The notes: generated by a model from the sequence alone, not told the origin. A DNA stretch of 64,000 bases from Sphingomonas sanxanigenens (GCA_003240855.1 QFNN01000003.1:5413-69412); one strand, 5' to 3'. Shown: positions 46,677 through 56,977, counted from the stretch's first letter. Numbers and translations are program-made.

Positions 46677-48071
46677 ATGGACCCGCTGATTCCCTTGCTG
46701 CTCATAGTCGCTCTGGCGATAGGTCTTGTCGTCGGCTGGCTGGCCTTCGGGCGGAGCGCGGCGACGTTGCGGCGCGAGCGCGACAAATATCTCGACAATT
46801 TCCGCACCGCTATCACCGACCTCGCCGGCGCGGAGGAGCGTGCGAAGGCGGCGGGCGAGCTGCGCGTTGCGCTGGCCGCAGCGGAGAAGGGGCAGAGCGA
46901 GGCGAAGCAGACGCTGGCGCGGCTGGAGGCGGAGCGGGTGGAGCGCGACCGTGCGTTCGAGGCGCGGCTGAAAGAGTTGCGCGAAGCCAAGGATCAACTC
47001 GCCGCGCAGTTCAGCGAGACGGCGGGCAAGCTGCTCAATGAGGCGCAGGCGCATTTCCTCAAGCGCGCCGACGAGCGCTTCCATCAGGCGGGGGAGAAGA
47101 GCGAGGCGCATCTGAAGGCGCTGCTCCAGCCGGTCGAGGCGACGCTGAAGCGCTATGAGGAAGGGCTGGCCAAGGTCGAGAAGGACAGGGTGGACAGCTA
47201 TGCCGGATTGCGCGAGGCAGTCGAGCAGGTCCGCCTCGGCCAGACGGCGGTGAAGGACGAGGCGGCGCGACTGGTCAATGCGCTGCGCTCGAGCCCCAAG
47301 GCGCGCGGGCGCTGGGGCGAGCAACAGTTGCGCAACGTACTCGAAATGGCGGGGCTCTCCGAACATGCCGATTTCCAGTCCGAAGTCTCGGTCAACACCG
47401 ATGACGGGCGGTTGCGCCCCGACGTGATCGTCCGCCTGCCGGGCGGCAAGCAACTGATCATCGACGCCAAATGCTCGCTCAATGCCTATCTCGATGCGTC
47501 GGAGACCGTCGACGACGCCGAGCGCACGCGGCTGCTGACCATGCATGCGGCGGCGCTGCGCAACCATGCCAACCAGTTGGGGCAGAAAGCCTATTGGAGC
47601 CAGTTCGGCGACGCTGCGGACTATGTGGTGATGTTCATCCCTGGCGAGCATTTCCTCTCGGCCGCGCTCGAACAGGATCATGAGCTATGGCAATGGGCCT
47701 TCGACCGCCGCGTGCTGCTCGCCACGCCAACCAATCTGATCGCCATCGCGCGAACCGTTTCGGCGGTGTGGCGACAGGAAAAGCTGGCCGAGGAAGCGGC
47801 GACGATCGCAGCGCTGGGCAAGGAGCTTCACGCACGCCTTGCGACGATGGGCGCGCATGTCGGCCGGCTGGGACGCAATCTGGAGCTGGCGACGGGGGCG
47901 TATAACGCCTTTGTCGGCAGCCTCGAATCCCAGGTTATGTCCCAGGCGCGACGCTTTGAGGCGCTGGAGGTGGCGGGCGGCGCCAAATCGATCGAGGATG
48001 TCGGCATGGTCGAAGCCTTGCCGCGACCGCTCAAGCGGCTGGCGGAGGGCGGCGCTGCTGACGAGGACTAA
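46677..48071 (+). CDS. rmuC: DNA recombination protein RmuC
   Basis: N-terminal TM segment, a long coiled coil and a conserved RmuC nuclease-like C-terminal domain. Start set at MDPLIPLL. Confidence 0.9.
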   Translation: MDPLIPLLLIVALAIGLVVGWLAFGRSAATLRRERDKYLDNFRTAITDLAGAEERAKAAGELRVALAAAEKGQSEAKQTLARLEAERVERDRAFEARLKELREAKDQLAAQFSETAGKLLNEAQAHFLKRADERFHQAGEKSEAHLKALLQPVEATLKRYEEGLAKVEKDRVDSYAGLREAVEQVRLGQTAVKDEAARLVNALRSSPKARGRWGEQQLRNVLEMAGLSEHADFQSEVSVNTDDGRLRPDVIVRLPGGKQLIIDAKCSLNAYLDASETVDDAERTRLLTMHAAALRNHANQLGQKAYWSQFGDAADYVVMFIPGEHFLSAALEQDHELWQWAFDRRVLLATPTNLIAIARTVSAVWRQEKLAEEAATIAALGKELHARLATMGAHVGRLGRNLELATGAYNAFVGSLESQVMSQARRFEALEVAGGAKSIEDVGMVEALPRPLKRLAEGGAADED

Positions 48072-49135
48072 CGCGGCTTGCGGTCGAGATTCCGGTTGAA
48101 GAAGCGCGCGATGATATCGAATGCTTCCTGCGATTCTGGCATGTCGGGCCACATGAAGAAGGCGTGGGGCAGGCCGTCGAAGAGCTGCAATTCGCTGGGG
48201 ACGCCGGCTGCGGTCAGCTTCCTGTGAGCCAGGGTCAATGTGCTCGCCGCGAAATCGCGGCTGCCGGCGAGGAGCAGTGTGGGGGGCATCATTTTGGTCG
48301 TCGCCGCATCTTTCAGCGGATAGGCGATCGGATCGCTGGCCGGCACGCCCGCCATATAGGCGCTGGCCAGCGTTGCGGGCAGTTCCGGGGCGGTCAGGGG
48401 CGCGCCGCCGGTCGTGACTGGCGCGAGATAGGGGCTGTCGCCGCTATAGGGAGCGCCCGTGCCGCAGAAAGTGCCGATCGCGCCCGGGCGGGGGAGGCGC
48501 TGGCGCGCAATCCATGCCGTCGCCTGCGCGGTGATGACGCCGCCTGCCGAACAGCCATAGATGCCGATATTGGCCGCAGGATAGCGCTTGAGCAGATCCC
48601 GATAGACGGCGGTCACGTCTTCCGAAGCAGCAGGATAATGATGTTCAGGCGCCAGCCGATAGTCGACGGTCACGACGCGGATCCCCATCGTCGCGGCAAT
48701 AGGGATCGCCTCGACCAGCGCGCCGCCGCCTGATCCCCACATGAATGCGCCGCCATGGACGTTGATCAGCACGCGCGCGCGGTTCTGCGGCGCAACGCCC
48801 GTGGAAGGTTCGACGATGTCGACGCGAACGCCGCCCATTGTCTCGCGGCGCTCGACGGTCCGGAAGCGCCGGCGCATTTCGGCAAGTCGATCGTCATTCC
48901 ACTTGCCGTAGAAGGCCCGTTGCCGCTGGACGTCGCCGTCGATCGCGGCGGGCGCGGCTGCGGCTTTCATCCGCAAGAGAATCTGCCTGGCCTCATCGCT
49001 GAGCTGGTTCGAGTCAGGCAGAAAGAAGCCGGGCGCGACCTGCGACGGGGCGGTGGCCCCGATCGACGATATGGCGAGCAGCGGAGCCGCAAGAGCGAGG
49101 GGGCGGATCAAGGGTAGCGTTAATCCCGGATGCAA
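48068..49135 (-). CDS. secreted alpha/beta hydrolase (HSL-type esterase/lipase fold)
   Basis: Signal peptide, HGGAF oxyanion motif, GCSAGG nucleophile elbow and C-terminal DGLPHAF. Confidence 0.82.
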   Translation of the reverse strand: MHPGLTLPLIRPLALAAPLLAISSIGATAPSQVAPGFFLPDSNQLSDEARQILLRMKAAAAPAAIDGDVQRQRAFYGKWNDDRLAEMRRRFRTVERRETMGGVRVDIVEPSTGVAPQNRARVLINVHGGAFMWGSGGGALVEAIPIAATMGIRVVTVDYRLAPEHHYPAASEDVTAVYRDLLKRYPAANIGIYGCSAGGVITAQATAWIARQRLPRPGAIGTFCGTGAPYSGDSPYLAPVTTGGAPLTAPELPATLASAYMAGVPASDPIAYPLKDAATTKMMPPTLLLAGSRDFAASTLTLAHRKLTAAGVPSELQLFDGLPHAFFMWPDMPESQEAFDIIARFFNRNLDRKPR

Positions 49136-49251
49136 TGATGGCGCTGCGGAGCAGGACTTTGTCCCAGATGCCCACGCCCGGCAAGCAACGGTGCGGCCGG
49201 GGGTCGGGTCTATCGGCTCCGCAGTTCCACGTCAGTCAAATCGCCGCTCGC

Positions 49252-49980
49252 TCAAGTGCTCCAGCCGCCGTCGATTACGAACGGCTGGCCCGTGACGAAA
49301 GCGGCGGCGTCGCTCGCGAGATACAGGGCGAGCGCGGCGATCTCGGTCGGGCGGCCGACCCGCCCCATCGGCTGACGCGCCTGGAATGCCGCCCATGCGG
49401 CCTCGTAATCGCCGGTTGCGCGAAGGCGATCGTGCAGAGAGGGGGTGTCCACCGTGCCGGGGCAGATGGCGTTGCAGCGAATCCCCTGGGTCACGAAGTC
49501 CGCCGCGACCGCTTTGGTGAGGCCGATGACGGCGGCCTTCGTCGTGCCATAAGCGAATCGATTGGCCACGCCCATCACGGAACTGGCGACTGACGCGATG
49601 TTGATGATGGAGCCGCCGCCGTTGGCGATCATCTCCGGCAATGCGCGCCGGATTAGCCGATACATGGCGGTGACATTGATATCGAAGGACAAAGCCCAGT
49701 CCTTCTCATCGCACTCGAGGATCGAGCCGTTCGCAACATAGCCGGCGCAGTTGAACAGGATGTCGATCGGCCCCGCCTCGGCGAGAGCGTTGGCGATGGC
49801 CGCATCGTCGCAAACGTCCAACGCCAGCGTTCGGCAGCCATCGAGCGTTTCGAGTTTCTCCGCGCTGATGTCCGTCGCCACGACGGTGGCGCCTTCCCGC
49901 GCGAACATCAGAGCGGTTTCGCGGCCGATACCCTGGCCAGCAGCAGTGACGAAGGCGGTCTTGCCTTTCAAACTTGTCAT
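49252..49980 (-). CDS. SDR-family oxidoreductase; candidate 2-keto-3-deoxy-L-fuconate dehydrogenase
   Basis: TAAGQGIG and YGTTK SDR motifs. It is the last gene of the fucP-mutarotase-AKR-lactonase string, and the specific role is assigned from that context. Confidence 0.7.
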   Translation of the reverse strand: MTSLKGKTAFVTAAGQGIGRETALMFAREGATVVATDISAEKLETLDGCRTLALDVCDDAAIANALAEAGPIDILFNCAGYVANGSILECDEKDWALSFDINVTAMYRLIRRALPEMIANGGGSIINIASVASSVMGVANRFAYGTTKAAVIGLTKAVAADFVTQGIRCNAICPGTVDTPSLHDRLRATGDYEAAWAAFQARQPMGRVGRPTEIAALALYLASDAAAFVTGQPFVIDGGWST

Positions 49981-50002
49981 ATACAGCCTTTCATTGAAAA
50001 TC

Positions 50003-50839
50003 TCAGATGGCGGCGGGCGCTATCCGGTAAACCTGGCGTGCGGCACCGCCGAAAACGGCGTCGCAGTGCGCCGGGGCGCACGCCTCGATGCGCCGCCGGC
50101 AGATGGCGAGCCAATCGCCGTAAGTGATCGCCGTCGTCGCGACAGGCCAGTCGCTGCCCCAGATGAGGCGCTCGCCGCCGAAGTGACCGACCAGTTGCTC
50201 GATGCAGGACTCAATGACTTCGATCGGCGCGCCGGGCGGCAATTCCGTCGCCAGCCCGGAAAGCTTGCACAGGACATTGTCCTGGCGCGCAAGCGAGGCG
50301 ATGTCCTGCCGCCAGCGATCCATGGCCCGCGCATCGCCGAACGGCGGCTTGCCGGCATGGTCGAGCACGATCACCAGATCGCGATGCCGCCGCGCCAGCG
50401 TCTCGATCACCATAATCTGATCGGCGCGGATCAGGGCGTCGAATACGAGTCCGGCCGCGGCGATCGCTTCGAGGCCAGCGCCCAGCGCCTCACCGAGGAT
50501 CCACTCCGGATCGCCCAGATCCTGCAACATGGGACGCACGCCGACGAAAAGCGGATCTTGAGCACGCGCTTCAATGTGCGCCGGCGCGGAAGGGGCGGAG
50601 AGATCAACCCAGCCAACGACGCCGAGGATGAACCGGCTCTCCCGCGCCAGATCGAGCAGGAAATCGGTTTCCGCAACGGTCGCCGCCGCCTGCACGGTGA
50701 TGCCCCCTTGCACGCCTTGGCCTGCGAGGTGCCTTTCCAGGTCGGCGGGCAGGTAGGCGCGCCAGAGCGGCGCGCCCGGCTGCAGCCAGCCATAATCACC
50801 GCGAGCCGGATCCCAGAAATGCTGATGCGCGTCGATCAT
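50003..50839 (-). CDS. amidohydrolase-2 family lactonase; candidate L-fucono-1,5-lactonase
   Basis: MIDAHQHFW metal-binding start and a COG3618-type sequence. Context is the L-fuconate pathway genes. Confidence 0.78.
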   Translation of the reverse strand: MIDAHQHFWDPARGDYGWLQPGAPLWRAYLPADLERHLAGQGVQGGITVQAAATVAETDFLLDLARESRFILGVVGWVDLSAPSAPAHIEARAQDPLFVGVRPMLQDLGDPEWILGEALGAGLEAIAAAGLVFDALIRADQIMVIETLARRHRDLVIVLDHAGKPPFGDARAMDRWRQDIASLARQDNVLCKLSGLATELPPGAPIEVIESCIEQLVGHFGGERLIWGSDWPVATTAITYGDWLAICRRRIEACAPAHCDAVFGGAARQVYRIAPAAI

Positions 50840-51873
50840 CGATCGGGGGCGCCGGGGGTTGGGGCGTCGTCGGGGATCAGCCCTTGCCGGCGCAGCGCGA
50901 TCCAGAAATCGGAGGGGATCGGCGCGCGGTAAAGCGCAACGGCCTGCCGGACCTGATCGGCGCTGCCCAGCCCGGGAATCACGCTCGCAACCGCAGGATG
51001 CGCCAACACGAACTGAAGCGCCGCAGCCGGCAGGGGCACGTCATGATCCGCGCAAACCTTCTCGATCTGCGCGACGCGCGCGATGATGTCCGCCGGCGGA
51101 GAGGCGTAGTTGTAATAAGTCGGGACGCCGGATGATACGCCGGTCGCGAGAATGCCGGAATTATAAGGGCCGCCAATGACGAGCGCCGTTCCTGCGGCCT
51201 CGCAGCGAGGTAAGAGGCTCGTCAGCGCTTCCTGCTCGAGCAAGGTATAGCGTCCGGCCAGCAGGATGACATCCAGCGCCATATGATCGAGAACCCGCCC
51301 GCACGCTTCGATCTCGTTCACGCCGATCCCGATCGCCCGGACGGCGCCCGATTGCCGGAGTTCGGCCATTGCGCGCAAACCGCCGCCGGCGGTCAGGGCG
51401 TCGAAGTGCAGCTCATCGGCCTCGCCATGAGTCAATCGGCCGATATCGTGGACATAAAGGATGTCGATCTGCGCCAGTCCCAATCTTTGGAGGCTGTCGG
51501 CATGGGATCGAAGAATGCCGTCGTAGGAATAATCGAATACCGGCTCGAACTGCAGCGGCGACCGGAAGCCATGGCGGAGATCGCCGGGTATGAGAGCAGA
51601 ATCCGGCCGGAGCAGTCGCCCAACCTTGGTCGAGCGGACAAGATCAGGCCGCCCCCGCAGCATATCGCCCAGCCGACGCTCGCTCAGGCCGAAGCCATAA
51701 TGCGGCGCCGTGTCGAAATAGCCGAAGCCGCACTCTATCGCCGCGGCGACGGTGGCCGCGGCCTCATCATCGGGGACTGCGCGATAAAGATTGCCGATCG
51801 CCGCAGCGCCGAAGCCGAGCTCCGTCACAGCGAGCCCGGTGTCGCCGATGCTGCGGGTGGGAAGCAGCGCCAT
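50836..51873 (-). CDS. aldo/keto reductase; candidate L-fucose (D-threo-aldose) 1-dehydrogenase
   Basis: AKR fold (LGFGAAAIGNLY, FDTAPHYG). Start set at MALLPTRS. ATGA overlap with the lactonase gene. Confidence 0.78.
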   Translation of the reverse strand: MALLPTRSIGDTGLAVTELGFGAAAIGNLYRAVPDDEAAATVAAAIECGFGYFDTAPHYGFGLSERRLGDMLRGRPDLVRSTKVGRLLRPDSALIPGDLRHGFRSPLQFEPVFDYSYDGILRSHADSLQRLGLAQIDILYVHDIGRLTHGEADELHFDALTAGGGLRAMAELRQSGAVRAIGIGVNEIEACGRVLDHMALDVILLAGRYTLLEQEALTSLLPRCEAAGTALVIGGPYNSGILATGVSSGVPTYYNYASPPADIIARVAQIEKVCADHDVPLPAAALQFVLAHPAVASVIPGLGSADQVRQAVALYRAPIPSDFWIALRRQGLIPDDAPTPGAPDR

Positions 51874-51875
51874 GG

Positions 51876-52211
51876 CTATATCTCCGGATCGAGGGCGAAT
51901 ATTCGTTCCATCTCGATCCACTTTTCGTCGGATGCGCTACCCGGAAGGCGCTTCTGGAATCGATCCATCAGCCGTTCCCATTCCGTGATTCGCGCCGGCT
52001 CTTCAATCGCGCGCGGGAAATCGTCCGACACGTCGGCGATCATCACCAGTCGATCAGCGACCTGCCATATCTCCATCGTGTGGACGCCCTGCGCGCGAAT
52101 ATGGTCGAGCACCTCGATCCAGACCGCGCCCGGCCGGTGCCGGGCCCGGTATTCGGCGATCAGATCGGCATCGTTCCGAAGATCGAGTGCGCGCACGATC
52201 CTCCGCATCAT
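51876..52211 (-). CDS. L-rhamnose mutarotase-family (RhaM/DUF718-like) protein; candidate L-fucose mutarotase
   Basis: The 111-aa product is the C-terminal part of the listed 328-aa ORF (MMRRIVRALDLRNDADLIAEYRARH...). ATGA overlap with the fucP stop. Confidence 0.72.
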   Translation of the reverse strand: MMRRIVRALDLRNDADLIAEYRARHRPGAVWIEVLDHIRAQGVHTMEIWQVADRLVMIADVSDDFPRAIEEPARITEWERLMDRFQKRLPGSASDEKWIEMERIFALDPEI

Positions 52212-53512
52212 CCTTGCCCTCTCGCGAAACGCGGCGCGCGCCAGGCGAATGCAAGGCAGACTGCGAAACACAGCGCCGGCAACGCCATTGCATATTGAAG
52301 GTGGCCGAAATGATCGGACATCAGCCCCATCGCAGGCGGGACGACGGCGCCGCCGATGATCGCCATGACGAGGAGCGGGACGGCAAGCTCGGTTTCGTCG
52401 CCCAGCCCGCGAATGCCGAAGGCGAAGATAGAGGGGAACATGATCGACATGAAAAAGCTCGTGGCCCACAGAGCGGCGATCGCAGCCCAGCCCGAGGCCA
52501 GCGCGGCGATCACACACAGCAGAATGTTGATGGCCGCATAGATCGCCAGCAGACGACCGGAGCCAATTTTTTTCTGCAGAAACGCTCCTGAAAAGCGGCC
52601 GATCATCAGCAGGGCAAGGCTGGTCGACAGAGCGAATGCGGCCGTGCGGTCGGGAAGCTGCGGCAATTGCTCCCTGCTGAAGTCGATGAAGAAGCTCCAG
52701 ATTCCGACCTGCGCTCCAACATAGGCGAATTGCGTTGCAATCGCCCAGCGGAGCGAATTGTGACGCAGGACGCGCAGAATGGGGCTGCGGCGTTTTACGG
52801 CTGAACCCGCGTTCGCGACGTCGGGAAAATGGATCCGCGCGATCGCGAAGGCCAGGACGCAAATGACCAGGCCGATGACGAGGTAAGGCCCCTGGACTGC
52901 GGCGGCCTGCGCAGCCTGGAACGCATTCAGCGCCTGCGCGGGCATCGCGCGGATTGCTTCCGGCGACGCTTCACCGCCCGAAAAGATGAAGATGCCCCCA
53001 ATGAGCGGGCCGGTAACGGCGCCGAGCCCGTAGAGTGACTGCGCCAGCGTGAGCCGGGCTGCTGAGGTTTCGGGGTCGCCCAGCAGGACAATATATGGAT
53101 TCGCAGATGTTTCCAGAAAGGCCAGGCCGAACGCGATTGTGTAAAGCGCGAATAGAAACACCATATAATCGCGCGTTATCGACGCCGGATAAAAAAGAAA
53201 TGCGCCTGCCGCATAGAGATAAAGGCCGATAAGAATACCGGTTTTGTATCCATACCGCCGATTCAGGAGAGAGGCTGGAATGGCCGCGCAAAAATATCCG
53301 ATATAGAACGCAAACTGAACAAGGCTTGCCTGCAGTTTTGTGATCGAAAGGGCGATCTGGAAATGGCGTATCAATACGTCATTGAGAGATGACGCGATCG
53401 CCCAGGAAAAAAACAGGCTTCCGACGAGCCAGAATACGATCCTGTACCTCTTCTCGACAATCGGAGGGGAAGAGGGAGGGGGGGCTCTGGAAGGCAAATC
53501 GGCTTCGGCCAT
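52208..53512 (-). CDS. fucP: MFS L-fucose:H+ symporter permease
   Basis: 434 aa with 12 TM segments and the FucP-type N-terminal motif FFSWAIASSLNDVLIRHFQ. Start set at MAEADLPS, so the upstream part of the listed ORF is excluded. Confidence 0.88.
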   Translation of the reverse strand: MAEADLPSRAPPPSSPPIVEKRYRIVFWLVGSLFFSWAIASSLNDVLIRHFQIALSITKLQASLVQFAFYIGYFCAAIPASLLNRRYGYKTGILIGLYLYAAGAFLFYPASITRDYMVFLFALYTIAFGLAFLETSANPYIVLLGDPETSAARLTLAQSLYGLGAVTGPLIGGIFIFSGGEASPEAIRAMPAQALNAFQAAQAAAVQGPYLVIGLVICVLAFAIARIHFPDVANAGSAVKRRSPILRVLRHNSLRWAIATQFAYVGAQVGIWSFFIDFSREQLPQLPDRTAAFALSTSLALLMIGRFSGAFLQKKIGSGRLLAIYAAINILLCVIAALASGWAAIAALWATSFFMSIMFPSIFAFGIRGLGDETELAVPLLVMAIIGGAVVPPAMGLMSDHFGHLQYAMALPALCFAVCLAFAWRAPRFARGQG

Positions 53513-53834
53513 CGGTACGCAATGCTCTCCTGCGGGTGTCCGGTGCGCGTACGGCGCGCATCCGACTCCGGCAATTCTTAATTGAGCGTGCCTGGTTGCG
53601 CCAGCTTTAATTTTCACATATAAAGTTATACAGCACATACGAATTATCCGGGAGTGCGGCGCATTTGGCGGCGCGTGCCCGATGCTGCGTTCGCGTATCC
53701 GCGGGCGGACCGGAAAGGGGGCTGCGGTCGTTGATAAATATATTTGTATTTGAGCGGCTTGCGCAAAGACGGAAAGTCCGGGCGCGGAGGCAGTCGATCC
53801 CGTCAGTTCTTCGATCCCGAGCGATCGGCCGCGT

Positions 53835-53849
53835 CGCGCATTTTGCGCG
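53835..53849. promoter_or_regulatory. perfect palindrome CGCGCA-TTT-TGCGCG 44 bp upstream of the fuconate dehydratase start; candidate operator
   Basis: Read directly from the sequence. It lies in the 380-bp divergent fucP/fucD control region. Confidence 0.3.
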
Positions 53850-53892
53850 CGTGTCGCCTGGCGCACATTTCAATCTTGCCTGAAAGTTCTTC

Positions 53893-55194
53893 ATGACCAC
53901 CATCACGAACATGCGGGTGCTCGACGTCCGTTTCCCTACGTCGCTGGCTCTCGATGGGTCCGACGCGATGAACCCGGATCCTGATTATTCGGCGGCTTAC
54001 GTCATCCTCGAGACGGATCAGCCCGGCCTCAATGGCCATGGCCTGACTTTCACCATTGGTCGCGGAAACGAGATCTGCTGCGCGGCCATCCGTGCGCTGG
54101 AGTCGGCGGTGGTCGGCCTTGATCTTGATGGCATCCGCAAGGATGGCGCGGGCTTCTGGCGCTATATTACCGGCGATAGTCAGCTTCGCTGGATCGGCCC
54201 TGACAAGGGGGCCATGCACCTTGCCGTGGGCGCGGTGGTCAATGCGGTTTGGGATCTTCTGGCCAAGGCGGCGGGCAAGCCGCTGTGGCGGCTGATCGCC
54301 GATATGTCGGCCGAAGAGATCGTCGGGCTGATCGATTTCCGCTATCTCACGGACGCGATCACGCAGGACGAGGCGCTTGTGCTCCTCCGGCGCTGCGAGC
54401 CGGGCAAGGCCGATCGCCTCGCGCGGCTCGAGGCGACCGGCTACCCCTGCTATACCACGTCCGCCGGCTGGCTTGGCTATTCCGACGAAAAGCTCCGCAG
54501 GCTCTGTCAGGAGGCCGTGGATCAGGGCTTCAACCACATCAAGCTTAAGGTCGGGGCCGATCTGGACGACGATGTTCGCCGCGTCACGATCGCGCGTGAC
54601 GTCATTGGACCGGATCGCAAGCTGATGATCGACGCCAATCAGGTGTGGGAGGCCGATCAGGCGATAGCGTGGGTCAAGGCGCTCAGCTTCGCGAAGCCCT
54701 GGTTTATCGAGGAGCCGACGAGTCCCGACGATGTCGCCGCCCACCGTCGGATCCGGCAGGCGATTGCGCCGGTCAAGGTGGCGACCGGTGAAATGTGCCA
54801 GAATCGCATTCTTTTCAAGCAGTTCATCGCTGGAGAAGCCATCGATATCGTGCAGATCGACAGTTGCCGGGTCGGCGGCGTCAACGAGGTGCTGGCCATT
54901 TTGCTGCTTGCCGCGAAATATGGACTCCCCGTATTGCCGCACGCTGGCGGCGTGGGGCTGTGTGAATATGTCCAGCATCTGTCGATTATCGATTATCTCT
55001 GCGTATCGGGTCAGATCGAGGATCGGGTGATCGAATATGTCGATCATCTTCACGAGCATTTCGTGGACCCCTGCGTTATCCGCGACGCCGCTTATCAATT
55101 GCCGACTGCGCCCGGCTTTTCGATCGAGATGAAGCCCGAGACGCTGCGGCGCTTCGCCTATGCGGAACCGGAGGTTGGCGCTGTGCTCGCCTAG
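53893..55194 (+). CDS. fucD: L-fuconate dehydratase (enolase superfamily, mandelate racemase subgroup)
   Basis: 433 aa. The N-terminus ITNMRVLDVRFPTS...DAMNPDPDYSAAYV and the MR/MLE C-terminal barrel motifs closely match the characterised FucD type. Confidence 0.88.
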   Translation: MTTITNMRVLDVRFPTSLALDGSDAMNPDPDYSAAYVILETDQPGLNGHGLTFTIGRGNEICCAAIRALESAVVGLDLDGIRKDGAGFWRYITGDSQLRWIGPDKGAMHLAVGAVVNAVWDLLAKAAGKPLWRLIADMSAEEIVGLIDFRYLTDAITQDEALVLLRRCEPGKADRLARLEATGYPCYTTSAGWLGYSDEKLRRLCQEAVDQGFNHIKLKVGADLDDDVRRVTIARDVIGPDRKLMIDANQVWEADQAIAWVKALSFAKPWFIEEPTSPDDVAAHRRIRQAIAPVKVATGEMCQNRILFKQFIAGEAIDIVQIDSCRVGGVNEVLAILLLAAKYGLPVLPHAGGVGLCEYVQHLSIIDYLCVSGQIEDRVIEYVDHLHEHFVDPCVIRDAAYQLPTAPGFSIEMKPETLRRFAYAEPEVGAVLA

Positions 55195-55201
55195 ATCGAC
55201 G

Positions 55202-56977
55202 ATGAAATCGGGCCTGCCTCCACCTGCCTCCGCAGAGGACGCGAACCGCATGCTCGCGGAGGCGGAGAGGTTGCGCGGCCTGGGGGCGTTCGGCGCGGCG
55301 GCAGAGGTCGTTCGCGCCGTCCTGGCGTTTACGGGTGATGATGCGGGGCTTTTGCGGGCCTATGCGCTGCTGATCAGCGACGCCGGCGATCCCGAGGCCG
55401 CCCTCGCCGTGTTGGGCCGCGCGGTGCGGCTGGCTCCTCGCGATCCCGCCATCATAAACAGCCGGGGCGTCGTTCTTTCAAGGCTGGGCCGGCACGCCGA
55501 AGCGCTGGAAGCGCACGATCTCGCGATAACGCTCATGCCGGATTTTGAGGATGCGCGGCTCAACAAGGCGATCAGCCTGCAGGAGTTGGGGCGCTTTGAC
55601 GAAGCTCGTGCGATTTATCGGGCATTGAACGGCGTTGAAGCGCGATACGCGCTTGCGACGCTGGAGCGTGAGGCAGGAGAGCCGGCCGTCGCCGCACAGA
55701 TACTCGATGATCTGATCGCAGCGGAGCCTCGCCCGGAATGGCTCAGGGCGCGTGCGATGCTTGCCCTCGAGCGGCTCGAACAGGATGCGCGCAGCCGACT
55801 GGCGGCCACGCGGCGGTCCATGCCGGACGATCCCGATCTGCTGATCGCTGATTTGCTCGACGGCGCCGGGTGCGATGTGGAGCCGATCATCGAACGGCGT
55901 CTTGCGGCTCACCCGAACTGGTATGACGGACTGCGCGCGCTCGCCAGCTATCGACGCGAGACGGAAGAAGGCGATGCCTGGCTTGAGCCGTTCGCGGCCG
56001 CGCTCGCCCGCCGCCCGGCGGATCCGGCGTTATGGAGGGAGTTGATCAACGGCTTTTCGGCAGGTCATGCGTTTGCCGATGCCGCCGTTGCGTGCCATCG
56101 CGCGGCCAGGGCCACGGACGATTACGCCTTCATCGCGGCGGCTTTCGCCTTTCACAGCGCGTCGGGCAACATGGCGGCCGCTTCGGCCATCCTTGGCGAC
56201 CCGCGCCTTGCGCCGCAGATCGCTCCGCTTGCACAGGCGGAGCACGCAGTGCGCCGCAGTGCGCTGGATGAGGCCGGCGATATTCTGGAACGCCTCTGCG
56301 AAACGGGGGAGGGCGGCGTCGCCGCATGGGCCTTGCGTGGCATCGTCTGGCAGATGACGGGCGACGATCGCGCGGAATGGCTCACGGGTCAGCCGGCGCT
56401 GGTCGCCGCGATCGATCTATCCTGTCACGGGGTCGACTGTGCAGCCGTCGCGGCCGCCCTCGACCATCTGCATGAGCATACCCGGCGCCCTGTCGGCCAA
56501 TCAGTGCGGGGCGGTCGCCAGACGCGCGGCAATTTGTTCGCTGCCGACCTGCCCGAAATCGTCCGCCTTCGCCATGCCGTCGAAACCGCTGTCGCCGAGT
56601 TCCGGGCGGACCTGCCCCGGCGTGACGAGCGACATCCCGCCTTGCGCCATCGCGATGCGCGCTGGCGGTTTTCCGCGAGCTGGTCGGTGAGCTTGCCGCC
56701 CGGCGGGCATCATATCAGCCACATCCACCCCAAAGGCATCTTCTCGTCCGCAACATACTGGCATGTTCCAGAGGACGATGCAGGCACGGGCGAGGGGGCT
56801 CTCGAACTGGGCGCGGCGCCGCCGCATCTTGGCGTCGATCTGCCGCCGATCAGGCGCATATCGCCACGGGTCGGTCAACTGGTGCTGTTTCCGAGCATAT
56901 TTTATCATGGCACCCGGCCGGCCACGACGGGGCGGCGGTTAACCGCCGCGTTCGACCTGGAGCCGTTTCCCGCCTGA
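55202..56977 (+). CDS. TPR-repeat protein with a C-terminal 2OG-Fe(II)-oxygenase-like (cupin/JmjC-like) domain, uncharacterised
   Basis: N-terminal TPR units (e.g. AYALLISDAGDPEAALAVLGRAVRLAP). The C-terminal ~90 aa (nt 56708-56977) carry HISHIHPKG...GALELG...GQLVLFPSIFYHGT, an HxH...H facial-triad-like pattern. The start is 7 nt after the fucD stop. Confidence 0.7.
   Translation: MKSGLPPPASAEDANRMLAEAERLRGLGAFGAAAEVVRAVLAFTGDDAGLLRAYALLISDAGDPEAALAVLGRAVRLAPRDPAIINSRGVVLSRLGRHAEALEAHDLAITLMPDFEDARLNKAISLQELGRFDEARAIYRALNGVEARYALATLEREAGEPAVAAQILDDLIAAEPRPEWLRARAMLALERLEQDARSRLAATRRSMPDDPDLLIADLLDGAGCDVEPIIERRLAAHPNWYDGLRALASYRRETEEGDAWLEPFAAALARRPADPALWRELINGFSAGHAFADAAVACHRAARATDDYAFIAAAFAFHSASGNMAAASAILGDPRLAPQIAPLAQAEHAVRRSALDEAGDILERLCETGEGGVAAWALRGIVWQMTGDDRAEWLTGQPALVAAIDLSCHGVDCAAVAAALDHLHEHTRRPVGQSVRGGRQTRGNLFAADLPEIVRLRHAVETAVAEFRADLPRRDERHPALRHRDARWRFSASWSVSLPPGGHHISHIHPKGIFSSATYWHVPEDDAGTGEGALELGAAPPHLGVDLPPIRRISPRVGQLVLFPSIFYHGTRPATTGRRLTAAFDLEPFPA

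Noticed and set aside
53513-53866. 118-codon upstream extension of the fucP ORF
   Set aside because: It runs through the AT-rich divergent promoter region and has no TM segments. The FucP-like sequence begins at MAEADLPS (53512).
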